The notes under the pieces: generated by a model
What the model was told of the DNA's origin: nothing
What the model saw: only the letters and a program-made list of their open reading frames with translations
Databases searched by the model: none
Source of the DNA: Minutocellus sp. GHC0000111
Taxonomy: Eukaryota
Assembly (NCBI GenBank): GCA_977018835.1
Contig: OZ361260.1
Location: 1,550,001-1,614,000, forward strand
Direction: 5' to 3'
DNA: 64,000 bases
Position numbers and translations under genes: made by a program
In this document: piece after piece, positions 11,810 to 22,215 of the stretch
Layout of the letters: every line of letters begins with the position of its first letter
Numbering within the stretch: the first letter of the stretch is position 1

Positions 11810-13456
11810 ATGGTTCGGCTCCATGTGCATGATATGATGGAGGAGTCCAACGCTACCCAACCCAAGCAGCACTCTGGCGGTGGCCTTGCTGCTCTCCATA
11901 AGTCCGCTCTGAAAAACTTGTCCGGTGGAAGTGGCTTGGGTGGCTTGGTTAGACCGGCTTCCTCTAAAATCACAAGCGCTAGTAGATTTACCGCCGCTGA
12001 CAAAAAAAGAGCACGAACGGCTGAGGAGGAACCATGCTCTTCGAATGGTACATGTGCTTCTGATGGCGATGTCGCCTCGCTCCGTCAAGAGCTGGATAGT
12101 CTTAAAAGACGCAAGGCTCTATTGGCTGGTGAGGTGGAACAACTGCGAAGTGGCTGCGTCGGTGCTAGCGAAGGCAACGGAGCATCATCACATGGAAATA
12201 ACACAACGTGCACCGTGGCCGATGAATTGGAACACGTTCGGTCGCGTGCTCTTGCCAATGCAAGTCAAACCTCATCGGAAAGTCGCAAATCCTATTCAAT
12301 TGAGAGTACTCACGATGATAAGTGGTCCGATCGAGAATATTTGCACAAGTATGATGACCGTGATGGTGTCGGTCTGATCGTCGGACGAAAGCGCAGTAGG
12401 CAGGATGTATTGTCATCTTTAGCAGCTGCTGCAGTCACACCGAGTGCCCTTGGGGGTGATGCCAACGACGAAATTGATTGTGCCATATCGGAAGCCATTG
12501 AGGCAGCCCGGCGGGAAGTCCGTGCCCGCACACTCGCCGAGCATATGCACACGGTCCGAACACAACGACGAATTGCTGCAGCGCATCGGCTGGCAGGCGT
12601 CTCGGCACTACCACTGGGAGGTAGAACTGACAACGATAACGTCCTGGGGGTGCGCATCGACGTTTGTAAAGATGGATCTTTTAATGCTCGGTATCATGTC
12701 TTTTTTGACATCGTGATGGTTCTCGACAATACGCCGAATAGTTTTTTTGGTGGAGGTGATGCCTCTGATGGAAATGACAGCAAACAATGCTTCCGCACAG
12801 TCTTTCGTCTTGCACAGCACACTTTACCGACGCCTGGGGTATCTCTTAAACCCATTCTATGCAGACATTTTGGTTCCGATGGCATGTTGCCGATTGATGA
12901 AGATGATGGTGACGCATCTCAAAATAAGGAAGCAATCACGAACACTGTAAGACGATGCATTGGCGATCTATCGGATGCCTGCCATTCATTCATCACGAGG
13001 CGCGATGCATGCTTATATCTCCAGGGAAAAGAGTCAATGAATAAGCGGCACGACGACCCACTCAGTTCTGACAGACAATTCAAGAATGTGGCCTACAATG
13101 ATTCATTCGACAGAATATCTTTTGACTTGTATTGCTTGCATCCCAGAAGAAGCACTTTGACCGGAGGAAAGGACGAGCATGCTAGCTTGGCAGTTCAACT
13201 AATTTATGACAACCAAATGACTGCAAGGCCTACATCGATGCGCATCAAAACACTGCAATCGCCTTCGGAAAAGAATATTTCTTCAAAGGATGAGGTTGAA
13301 CAGTCAAACAAAAATGAAGGCGGCGGTGTTGTTGATGCATGTAGCGATGCGGCAACTTTGCTTATCGAGGAGCTGAAAGAGGCTCTGCTTTCAGATCCGC
13401 TTCCGTTTGTCTTTGAGCAACAGTTTGATGGTTTGCTTTCCAAGTGCACTGGATGA
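11810..13456 (+). CDS. Putative CENP-O/Mcm21-like inner-kinetochore protein
   Basis: N-terminal coiled coil, then HRLAGVS...VLGVRIDVCKDGSFNARYHVFF...FRLAQHTLP..VSLKPIL, which resembles the CENP-O RWD core. Confidence 0.6.
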   Translation: MVRLHVHDMMEESNATQPKQHSGGGLAALHKSALKNLSGGSGLGGLVRPASSKITSASRFTAADKKRARTAEEEPCSSNGTCASDGDVASLRQELDSLKRRKALLAGEVEQLRSGCVGASEGNGASSHGNNTTCTVADELEHVRSRALANASQTSSESRKSYSIESTHDDKWSDREYLHKYDDRDGVGLIVGRKRSRQDVLSSLAAAAVTPSALGGDANDEIDCAISEAIEAARREVRARTLAEHMHTVRTQRRIAAAHRLAGVSALPLGGRTDNDNVLGVRIDVCKDGSFNARYHVFFDIVMVLDNTPNSFFGGGDASDGNDSKQCFRTVFRLAQHTLPTPGVSLKPILCRHFGSDGMLPIDEDDGDASQNKEAITNTVRRCIGDLSDACHSFITRRDACLYLQGKESMNKRHDDPLSSDRQFKNVAYNDSFDRISFDLYCLHPRRSTLTGGKDEHASLAVQLIYDNQMTARPTSMRIKTLQSPSEKNISSKDEVEQSNKNEGGGVVDACSDAATLLIEELKEALLSDPLPFVFEQQFDGLLSKCTG

Positions 13457-13717
13457 GACGCATCAAGAGGCTTCTCTGCAGTTCCGTTCAAGACTGTTCG
13501 AGATGAAAAAAATGTGGCGCAAATAATAAATCGAAAATTTTAAAATAGCCCTCGAATTAAGTTCGTCTACCTGTCTCACAGTATATGATCGTTACGGGTT
13601 TGCCACATACATATCCAAGCTACTTCATGTATCTTCTACATGTATGCGGGTTTGCATTGCGTAGATTTTATGATTTTGCCCACTAAATATAACCACAATG
13701 CTGGGTAAGATTCGAAG

Positions 13718-14365
13718 ATGATTCGCATTCGTTTCTTCCATATTGTGTTGGCTGTGTTTTTATTCATCTGCCAAGTTCACGCGGAAGAAGATATCGACCG
13801 ACCACCTTCTGTCACGAAGGTGTGGATCGAAATGTTTGATGAAGCTCTCGAGCAAGTCGGCAATGATGATGAAGAAGAAGTTGACATACTAATTCGTGAG
13901 GCATCACAGTCAGTCGAGGCAGGCAAGCACGATGACAGCACTCGTTATTTGCAACAGTTCCTACCCTATTGCGATGGCGTCAAAACGGAAATTCTTTGTA
14001 CCAACATGAAAACCAACAAGGATTGTGCCACAGAAATTGTGCCGTACAACAGGAACGGTTGTTATCTGTATCTAAAATATACCATCACAATTACAAACAA
14101 AGGAAAAGAAGACGCCAAAATTACTGGGCTAACGCGCCAGCTCAATGGAGAAGAGAGAGATTTCTCTGGCATGGTAAGCAAAAATTTCGTTCTGAAGCCT
14201 CGAATGAGAATAAATATCAGCCGTACCGAATACGTAGATTACTGTGAGGCCCACAAGTTTATTGGGGCAGGCGCCGAGGTATTAGCAAATGTCGGTAGTG
14301 AGTTAGCGAGGCGCACGTGCGTCGAACATGATGTCTACGTGGTCTCAGGGGATATCAGTGTGTGA
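13718..14365 (+). CDS. Hypothetical secreted protein with a beta-rich, Ig-like C-terminal domain
   Basis: Signal peptide MIRIRFFHIVLAVFLFICQVHA; YTITITNKG..DAKIT strand pattern; several Cys residues. Confidence 0.55.
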   Translation: MIRIRFFHIVLAVFLFICQVHAEEDIDRPPSVTKVWIEMFDEALEQVGNDDEEEVDILIREASQSVEAGKHDDSTRYLQQFLPYCDGVKTEILCTNMKTNKDCATEIVPYNRNGCYLYLKYTITITNKGKEDAKITGLTRQLNGEERDFSGMVSKNFVLKPRMRINISRTEYVDYCEAHKFIGAGAEVLANVGSELARRTCVEHDVYVVSGDISV

Positions 14366-14582
14366 ACCATCAGCTGAAGCGCTTACATTCTAAGAGATAC
14401 TGATAAAAGATAAAAGTAATACTACGGCAGTACTAAAATGAATGAATCGATCTCTTTCGCTTACATCTTTAAATCTATGCACTCGGTGGAAGCAGCACAC
14501 AAGAATCAATTTGTTCCTTTGTCTTTCACTTATCAAACTTAACACTAACTTTTAGAGAATATTGCTTCAGCTAACTATTTGA

Positions 14583-16589
14583 CTATCTCGGTTTCCCAGC
14601 TTCTTCGGCTGTCTTGCCGAACATGGACTCTTTCTTATTGAAAGATCCATTCTCCTCCAGCTCTTTCAGATAGCAATCAAATGCTGAGTCTAACTCGGAA
14701 TCAATGTCCAGCGGATCATAGTCTAATATTTCGTCCGGGAAATATTCCTGGGCCACGATCATACCGCGACCGCGTTCCTTGGGATCTTCAACGAGAGCGT
14801 CGTAGGCGCGAGCAAATCCACGCCGAACGCCGTCAAAGATAGCCTCCCGTCCAGTTTCCAACTTGGTCACCTCGGGCGAACCTGGCGGAGCAGCGATAGC
14901 CATCATATGTGCAGAGGATGTGTCTTTGTAATCCCTAAAGTCATGAGCAGCTTCGTTCAAGGCGATGACTTGTTCACTGTAAATTCGTTTGTGCAGATGC
15001 TTTCTCATGTAACTGTAGATGTTCGGTAGCTTATTCTTGCGAAGGAAGAATCGTCGAACAATCAGGCGTTCAAATGTGCTGCTCTTCCCTGCCACGTCGG
15101 TCCCATCGGGTCGCGTTCGAAGTACGACCACATGCGTCGCACCATTTTCGATCGCTGTTTTGTAAGGGAGAGGCTCAAATATCAAGGCATCTGCGAGTGG
15201 TTCCAGATTGGGACCATTCATCTTATTACCAAGCTTGAGTTTTCCACCACTGCCTGCACTGACATCCAGATTCATTAGTGGACCAGCAATGCCCGGCAAC
15301 AAGCAGGACGAATGCATGCAATCAGCAAGCTCTTGACGATTTTCGAAGTTGCCCTGCTCCATATCAAGAACGACGGAGTGCTCTCTCTTCAGGCCAGATG
15401 AAACTATTTTCAGCGGCTGAACCTTTTGCATCTCCACAAACTTGTCCCAATTGAGGGGTTTCTTCTCCTGGGCAGTCTTTTTGAGGAGGAAGGGTAGATT
15501 GAGGACTGGTTTCCCATTCTTCCTTCTCACCATCACATCCTTGAGAAGTCTGGGATCGACGAGGCCAATTCCGATCGATCGAAGCAACCTCTTGGTGTCG
15601 ATAAACTGCTTTCCTGCTGTCGTGAGACTGTCGTAGTAAATTTCAGGTCCAAACCAAGGGAGCTGACGAGTATTGAAGTATGCACCAATCACTGTTCCTG
15701 CAGACGACCCATAAATAACATCGAAAGTATCCTCGAGGCCGAGGTAGTGAATTGCCGCCACCATGCCGGCCGACAAGCACCCTCTCATTCCACCACCTTC
15801 TACCACCAGAGCTACCTTGAAACCATCCGGTCGAGATTCCGTAGTTGGGGTAAGCGGTGACTTGTTCTGGCGACGCTCGTGGAGCAGCTGCAGGACAGGA
15901 TGGACCTTGTCCGGATCCTCAGGGGAACCAATAATCTGCGTATCACCCCGCACATCCACTGCCGCTAGTAGAGCATCATAGTCGATATCATCGCCGTCCT
16001 TCTTGCGGAATCTGCGCTCCTTGTCGGCCCAGTAATCATTCAGCTCCGAAATCGAATTAATCTCGTACTTGGGAGCGGCGGGAGGGACATCGTCCACTGA
16101 TGCAGCCTCGATTGTTTCATCGTCTGGCATTGCCGCAGCAGCACTTGTCCCGTCAGTTGTGCCGACACTTTCCTTTGGAAGACGCTTGATTCCAAGCATC
16201 TTCATGAATCTTGCTCTCTTGGAAATGCGATCATCGTTCTCGGTCGCTGGGGCAACAGCCGATGCGGCGAGGCATTGTTGATGGCGAGAATGAGAATTGG
16301 TTATGAAGGCATGTGGCACGTCTGACGACTTGAAGTTGCTGAGAGTAATAATTGATGAAGACGGTTGAGTAAAGCCCAGAACAGAGGCGAAACCGTTCGT
16401 AAGCAAGGCAGAGAGGAAGATGGAACCAACACTGATGGAACTTCGTCGTCGTGTTCGTCGTCGTTGTTGAAGTGCAAGTTGCCTCATGTTTGCCATGAGT
16501 GTGGTGTTAGTTGTGCGTGTTGCTTTTTTGTGCGCTCGACCTGGCAGCTGAGACAGAGTGGAAAACCAAGGACGACGCCTGCTTGACAA
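14583..16589 (-). CDS. Patatin-like phospholipase, probably plastid-targeted (true start may be about 16496)
   Basis: Oxyanion motif EGGGMRG, nucleophile elbow GSSAG and catalytic Asp in LADAL; hydrophobic leader ending ASVLGF. Confidence 0.88.
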   Translation of the reverse strand: MSSRRRPWFSTLSQLPGRAHKKATRTTNTTLMANMRQLALQQRRRTRRRSSISVGSIFLSALLTNGFASVLGFTQPSSSIITLSNFKSSDVPHAFITNSHSRHQQCLAASAVAPATENDDRISKRARFMKMLGIKRLPKESVGTTDGTSAAAAMPDDETIEAASVDDVPPAAPKYEINSISELNDYWADKERRFRKKDGDDIDYDALLAAVDVRGDTQIIGSPEDPDKVHPVLQLLHERRQNKSPLTPTTESRPDGFKVALVVEGGGMRGCLSAGMVAAIHYLGLEDTFDVIYGSSAGTVIGAYFNTRQLPWFGPEIYYDSLTTAGKQFIDTKRLLRSIGIGLVDPRLLKDVMVRRKNGKPVLNLPFLLKKTAQEKKPLNWDKFVEMQKVQPLKIVSSGLKREHSVVLDMEQGNFENRQELADCMHSSCLLPGIAGPLMNLDVSAGSGGKLKLGNKMNGPNLEPLADALIFEPLPYKTAIENGATHVVVLRTRPDGTDVAGKSSTFERLIVRRFFLRKNKLPNIYSYMRKHLHKRIYSEQVIALNEAAHDFRDYKDTSSAHMMAIAAPPGSPEVTKLETGREAIFDGVRRGFARAYDALVEDPKERGRGMIVAQEYFPDEILDYDPLDIDSELDSAFDCYLKELEENGSFNKKESMFGKTAEEAGKPR

Positions 16590-16969
16590 AATGGTCCGCG
16601 TTCAATGCTGAGCCGTGCGCTGCCTGTGATTCTAGTCAAGCTCTTTCTCGGCAGCCAGCAGATGCATTTGTGGAGAAGGTGCCGGTCTCGGCCGTCTCGG
16701 CCTCTTCTCGGCGACGCGACAACGCGTGCTTATCGATATCGCGCGTCATCGCATTGGCTGGAACGTGCCTACCAATGACCTTTTAGTGAAAATGAGGCAA
16801 ATTGCGGCTTTGCGCGCACCGCCGCGCCCGCCATCGCCACTCGGCCACTCAACACCCGACCGCCCGATCTTGTCGTATCATCTTGTTGTCTCGGCCAGGA
16901 TCACACCACATACTGTCAGCCAGTAGTCGAGGCGGGTGGAAGGATCTCGGGTCGTGACATCCCTCAAAG

Positions 16970-18230
16970 ATGGCAACAACAAAGGAGCAAAGGCCTGGAA
17001 CTCGTAGTGATGGCGGTTCCACCACCACCAGCCTGTTCCGATTGGAGAACCTGCCTCAAGAGGCGCGCAACTTGGTAGCGGGTGGCCTAGCTGGGATGGT
17101 GGCGAAGAGTTTCGTGGCACCGATTGATCGCATCAAAATCATGTACCAAATTACGTCGGCTCATTTTCGCATACGTGACGTGCCCGACGTGGCGCTTAAA
17201 ATTATCAAGGAGGAGGGCTTTACTGCCTTGTGGAAGGGCAATACTGCAACACTCATACGGGTGTTCCCCTACAGTGGCATACAATTTATGGTATTTGATC
17301 GAGTAAAGACGCATTTTCTAACCAAGGACGAGGGCAACGAAGCCAAGCAGCACTGGTTATTGGCCGATCAGGACACACCCCGACGATCCATGACCAAACG
17401 AGCCACGAGGTCGGGAGGTCTCACGCCATTTGAAAGCTTGATATCCGGCATGACAGCTGGGGCGGTGTCGGTGATGGCAACATATCCACTTGATCTCACC
17501 CGAGCACAGCTGGCTGTTCTGAAGAAGAAAAAGAAGGACAAGTCGGGGAGCTTTGTTTCGGTACTCACCAGAAACTATACTGAAGGGGTAGGGAGATATT
17601 CAGTGTGTCTTTTAATTTTTTCCTTGGTTTGCGATTTGACCTCCGTTGCTTGCGTGGTCAATATCTCTTTTGTTTTCAATATGCATTTGTCCTCACCGTG
17701 TATGTTTGTGTGCATTACTCTCAACGTCACAGGGAATGAATGGTTTGTATCGAGGGATCGCACCAACTCTCTTGGGCATTCTGCCTTATTCAGGCGTGGC
17801 ATTTACGATAAATGAGCAAGCCAAGAAGCAGATTGCCCAAGTGACCGGGAGAGAACCGACGACGATTGAACGAATGCAGTGTGGCGCCCTTGCTGGACTT
17901 GTTGCTCAGAGTATGACATATCCTCTGGAGGTGACGCGAAGACGGATGCAAACAATTGGTATTGTTCGTGCGGCTGGTACTGATGCGGCTGTCAATGTAC
18001 TGGGAGGTACCATCCGAACATCCAAGGCCCATCGGGTGGCGCAAACATTGGAGAAGGATCCAACGATGTTGGCAACACTTACTCATGTCCTGCGCGAGCA
18101 AGGACTCCGTGGCCTGTTCAAGGGTGTGAGTATGAATTGGGTGAAAGGGCCGGTCGCCTTTAGCATTAGTTTCACAACTTTCGATATCATCAAAAAGAAG
18201 CTAACACCAGATCCTGCGCCTAGTCAATGA
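16970..18230 (+). CDS. Mitochondrial carrier family protein (CoA carrier SLC25A42 / Graves disease carrier-like); intron 17588-17732
   Basis: Three carrier repeats with PIDRIKI, PLDLTRAQ and PLEVTRRR, plus LWKGNTATLIRVFPYSGIQF; the splice is in frame. Confidence 0.9.
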
Positions 18231-18519
18231 TTGCGATGACCAGATCGAACCATGCTATTCATAAAGCGTATGTTGTAAAATAGATCCGTTGCAGTTGCTA
18301 TCAATTATGCTTTGCAGTGACCAAAGTTTCCCTAGCGCGCCTGAAGGCAATCCCTCCTTTCAAGCGAAGGGCATACTCATCCAAACAAATAGATAAGACC
18401 ACTCGACGCAAACGCTACTACAACTATTCACATTGTTTCTTTTTTTGTTTTCACAATTTAAAGAATATTACATTATTCCCAACTGCCTTATTTACTATAT
18501 AAACTCGAGAAGAAAGAGC

Positions 18520-18951
18520 TTAGCAGGAGAGGATGCATGCGCCGCCGGCCTCCTTGATTTTCTTCTCAGCGAGCTTGGAGAAGTACTTTGCCTTGACGAT
18601 GACGGGGACGTCGATCTGTCCGTTTCCGAGAAGCTTGAAGTAACCGAGGTCGATGACGGGGGCCTTGCCGCCTCCGTTCTTGGCGGCCTCGTAGACACCC
18701 TCGCCGGCGGCGTTGAAGATCTTGTCAATGTTGATGGTGGGGCAGAAGCTGCGGTTCTTCAGGACGTGGAACTGGCGAATACCGACCTTACCGAAGTAAC
18801 CAGGATGGTACTTGTCCATGAGGATTCGGTGGTGGTGCTGACCACCGGCGTTACCGCGACCACCGGGATGCTTGCGGTGCTTGCCGATACGGCCGTGTCC
18901 CATCTGGACGTGACCGCGCTTCTTGCGGGACTTGTGCAAACGAGTGGGCAT
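18520..18951 (-). CDS. RPL27A: 60S ribosomal protein L27a (uL15)
   Basis: [55 protein letters not shown]. Confidence 0.97.
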   Translation of the reverse strand: MPTRLHKSRKKRGHVQMGHGRIGKHRKHPGGRGNAGGQHHHRILMDKYHPGYFGKVGIRQFHVLKNRSFCPTINIDKIFNAAGEGVYEAAKNGGGKAPVIDLGYFKLLGNGQIDVPVIVKAKYFSKLAEKKIKEAGGACILSC

Positions 18952-20085
18952 GGTGAGATATGAAAATTAAAAACAGGTGCCTGTATTGATTGGATATTGA
19001 TAAGAAGCGAAGAATTGTGTGAGAGGCATGTGTTTCGGTGGAAAGTATTATTGAAAAGTAGTATCCTCCATCATCTCCAACGGCAGTGCAGCAAGCAGCG
19101 GGAGAAGGGACCACTCTTCCTCATGCGCTATCTCCGCAAACGACTGCGCTCGCGACGCCCGACGACACCACGGTAGCAACAGGTGAGGCAGCCTGCAGCA
19201 GCCACTCGCTGGTTCATCGCACCCACACCAAGTAGCGAGCCAGCAGTGGGAGTTCTATCTCCCTGGTCAATTAATTCATCCCTGTTGAGGACGGTGCTCA
19301 TAACCCGATGAACGTCGGCCACCCTCCATCGACCAAACACTGTCGCCGTCGACCTAGCCATTCACAAAGCATGCCCTCTGTGCAGCCATGTGCCGTCGCA
19401 ACGCATTCATCGTCCATTCCCTTCCGTCATTCTCCGACCTTGATCCGTCGCTGATCCGCGCATGGGGTAGCAATCGACACACATTCTCGAGTTCAAGAAG
19501 TGACCATGATGGAGGAGGGTGTTACTGGTTACTGGGTTATGAGCACTTTACTTTCTAGTGGCTGACAATCACAACTAGTGCCTGTATTGATTGAATTGAC
19601 TGACTCGACTCGACTTGGTGCATGGGAGGCGACGGAAAGACAAGAGCTGGAAAAATGAGCACAAGACGTACCTACTACTAGTAGCTACGCTGGAAACAGA
19701 ATAAAACTCACTGTCTTGTGCTAGTAATAAAATCACGCACACTCAACCTCAGAAAACCACCGACATGCCAACCGATAGAGCACTCTAAGAGGGTTCTCCT
19801 GATGTATTTGAGCCGATGCAATCGAGTTGGTGATAGCAATTAGTTGCCTTGAACATGACCTTTTTTCGCTAACTTCGCCTGCGTGAAAAATGGCCACGTC
19901 ACGGAGAAAGCGAACATAAAATTTATCAGGTTGGAGAAAATTTTATGTTTCAGAAAATTGGCGAGAAAAAAAGATGCTAACAACCGCCTAGTAAAACAGA
20001 AAAGGTTAATTGCCCCAACAACCAAGGCAGATAGAGCAATTCTGGAAAAACTTTACTATGAATTGTTTTCTTGAGGAACAGTCCT

Positions 20086-20187
20086 GTCGTTGCGACAAAA
20101 GAAAAAAATCGTTTCTTTGCCGATTTCGAAAAAATACCCCCCCAAAAAGACCGCTTTCCGGCCGTTTCCAGACTTTGTCGCAACGAC
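20086..20187. repeat. Perfect 14-bp inverted repeat in the AT-rich spacer upstream of FIP1
   Basis: GTCGTTGCGACAAA at 20086-20099 and TTTGTCGCAACGAC at 20174-20187. Confidence 0.6.
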
Positions 20188-20429
20188 CAATCGAAAGAAC
20201 GCATAAATTTACCTGGGGTAACTCTTCGACTTGTGCCGTATCTCTAACCGTTCGGGGGGCAAAGAGGGTGTCCCACCTCGTCAGTTTCATTCTCGTTCCA
20301 GCGTAGGTAGACGTGTTGCTCGTTTTTGAGAAGAAGACACGCTGCACTTTACTGAGCGTTGGTTTAGTGCGGAGGTCTCGCAACTCGAAACCCAACAACC
20401 AACTACTAGCTAGCTACTACCAAAATATC

Positions 20430-22112
20430 ATGGGCAGAAAGAAGCGCAAGACCGTCGTGGCCTCCGCCGAGGAGGTTCCACCGCCGGAATCGACCGGAGG
20501 ACTCGAGGCCGCCATCCCCAAGAAGCAGCAGCATGCCGGACCGCCCGCTACCGACGCTCCGCCGGTGGTACCTGCGCCTGCGCCTGCTCCAGCAGCGGTC
20601 GTCCCTCCCGCCTCGGCTGAACCGAGCGATGACGACAAAGGCAGTCAGGCCCCGGCATCGTCGGGACATGCCATGACGTCCCACTCGGCCGAGCTCATCG
20701 TGTCGGATCACTGCCTGTCGAGCGGTTCGGACGAAAGTTCCGTCGAGGGCGACGACCGCGACGAGAACGATGGAGGTGGCGGCATCAGCTCCAACAAGCT
20801 CGATGCGCCCGTCGACATGTTGCTGGCATCGTCCAAGATGGGACTGATGCGGCGGACGAGGGGAGAGCGGACGGCCGCCACGGCCAAGACGTGGGTGCGG
20901 GGACAGGACAACAAGGACGGCGGTGCCGGCGGCGGAGACGGGGCCGACCAGGGCGGTGCCGGCGGAGACGGGAGTGCCATGGACATTGACGGAGAGGGCG
21001 GTGCCGATGGAGGGATCGGTGACGATGTTCCGGCCACCACGGCCGCCGAGCAGGCCGCCAAGGAGGCGGCGGCCGAGGCCGAGCGGAAGCGCGAGGAGGA
21101 GGAGCTGGCGGCCCTCGATCCGGCGGAGAGGGCGGCCCGGCTCATGGCCCAAAAGGCTGCCAAGCTCGAGGAGGCCAAGGCCAAGGAACGGCGGCTGATC
21201 TCGGAGGAGAATGCCGGCCGTGATCCATGCCTGTTCTCCAAGCGCACCGCGTTCGACATTCGCATGGACCAGATCGAGGACAAGCCATGGAACCGTGGCG
21301 GAGACATCACCGACTACTTCAACTACGGGATGGGCGAAGAGGATTGGCTGGAGTACTCCGAATTCCAAATGGCCATCCGGCAGGAGCTGACGGACGCGTC
21401 GAAGCAAAGCCGGAGGCCAGATCCTACGCTGGTGCCCGTCAACCCAAGAGCGCCGAGGAAGCAGCAGCCAAGGGTGGCCGTGGCGGTCAAGAAAAAGAAA
21501 AAGCAGGAGGACGACGAGGAGGAGGTGGATCTGAAGAATGTCCCCGGTCCGCAGGCGGCACCGAATGCGGCCGACGCTGATGGCAGTGGTGGTAACGATA
21601 ACAAGGATGGCAATGGCGGTGCCAAGGTCAAGAAGGAGGGTGGCGAAGGTGCTACCGACGGGGATGGCAAGGATAAGGCGAAGAAAGAGGAAGACGATGA
21701 CATCGGGGCCGGGGCATGGGGCGCCGGTGCAGCGCCAGGGTCGATGCTGGCCCGTCTCATTGAAGAACAGGAGCAAAGGGAGCGTGGTGGTGGCGTTGGC
21801 GGCGGAATGGGTCCGGGGGGTCCGGGGGGCTTTGGAGGTGGTGGCTATGGCGACGCTCCACCGCAACAGCAGGGACACTGCCCTGGCCAATATGGCGGCC
21901 CGCCGCCGCCGCCTGGACATTTTGGAGGGCGTGGCCCTCCTCCACCGGGTCGAGGCTTTCCTCCTGGTCGTGGTGGATTCGGCGGTTTCCCGGGAGGTCG
22001 GGGCTTCGGCGGCAGAGGCCCACCCGATGGGCACTGGAGAGGTGGTGGTGGCCCGGGAAGGGGGGGCTTTGGTGGTAGAGGAAGGTTCGGCGGCAGAGGA
22101 GGAAGATGGTAA
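20430..22112 (+). CDS. FIP1: Pre-mRNA 3'-end processing factor Fip1 with an RGG-rich tail
   Basis: Fip1 motif FDIRMDQIEDKPWNRGGDITDYFNYGMGEEDWLEY; C-terminal Gly/Pro/RGG region. Confidence 0.9.
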   Translation: MGRKKRKTVVASAEEVPPPESTGGLEAAIPKKQQHAGPPATDAPPVVPAPAPAPAAVVPPASAEPSDDDKGSQAPASSGHAMTSHSAELIVSDHCLSSGSDESSVEGDDRDENDGGGGISSNKLDAPVDMLLASSKMGLMRRTRGERTAATAKTWVRGQDNKDGGAGGGDGADQGGAGGDGSAMDIDGEGGADGGIGDDVPATTAAEQAAKEAAAEAERKREEEELAALDPAERAARLMAQKAAKLEEAKAKERRLISEENAGRDPCLFSKRTAFDIRMDQIEDKPWNRGGDITDYFNYGMGEEDWLEYSEFQMAIRQELTDASKQSRRPDPTLVPVNPRAPRKQQPRVAVAVKKKKKQEDDEEEVDLKNVPGPQAAPNAADADGSGGNDNKDGNGGAKVKKEGGEGATDGDGKDKAKKEEDDDIGAGAWGAGAAPGSMLARLIEEQEQRERGGGVGGGMGPGGPGGFGGGGYGDAPPQQQGHCPGQYGGPPPPPGHFGGRGPPPPGRGFPPGRGGFGGFPGGRGFGGRGPPDGHWRGGGGPGRGGFGGRGRFGGRGGRW

Positions 22113-22215
22113 TAGTAACTACGTAATAGGTTCAATGATCAATACTCTTCCTAAAACTTACTCTTGCCTGTATTATTTATACGTAGTAGTATATTTTTAC
22201 AGTCTACTATATTGC

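Noticed and set aside
20406..22034. 542-aa ORF antisense to FIP1
   Set aside because: Mirror-frame artefact of GC-rich coding sequence.
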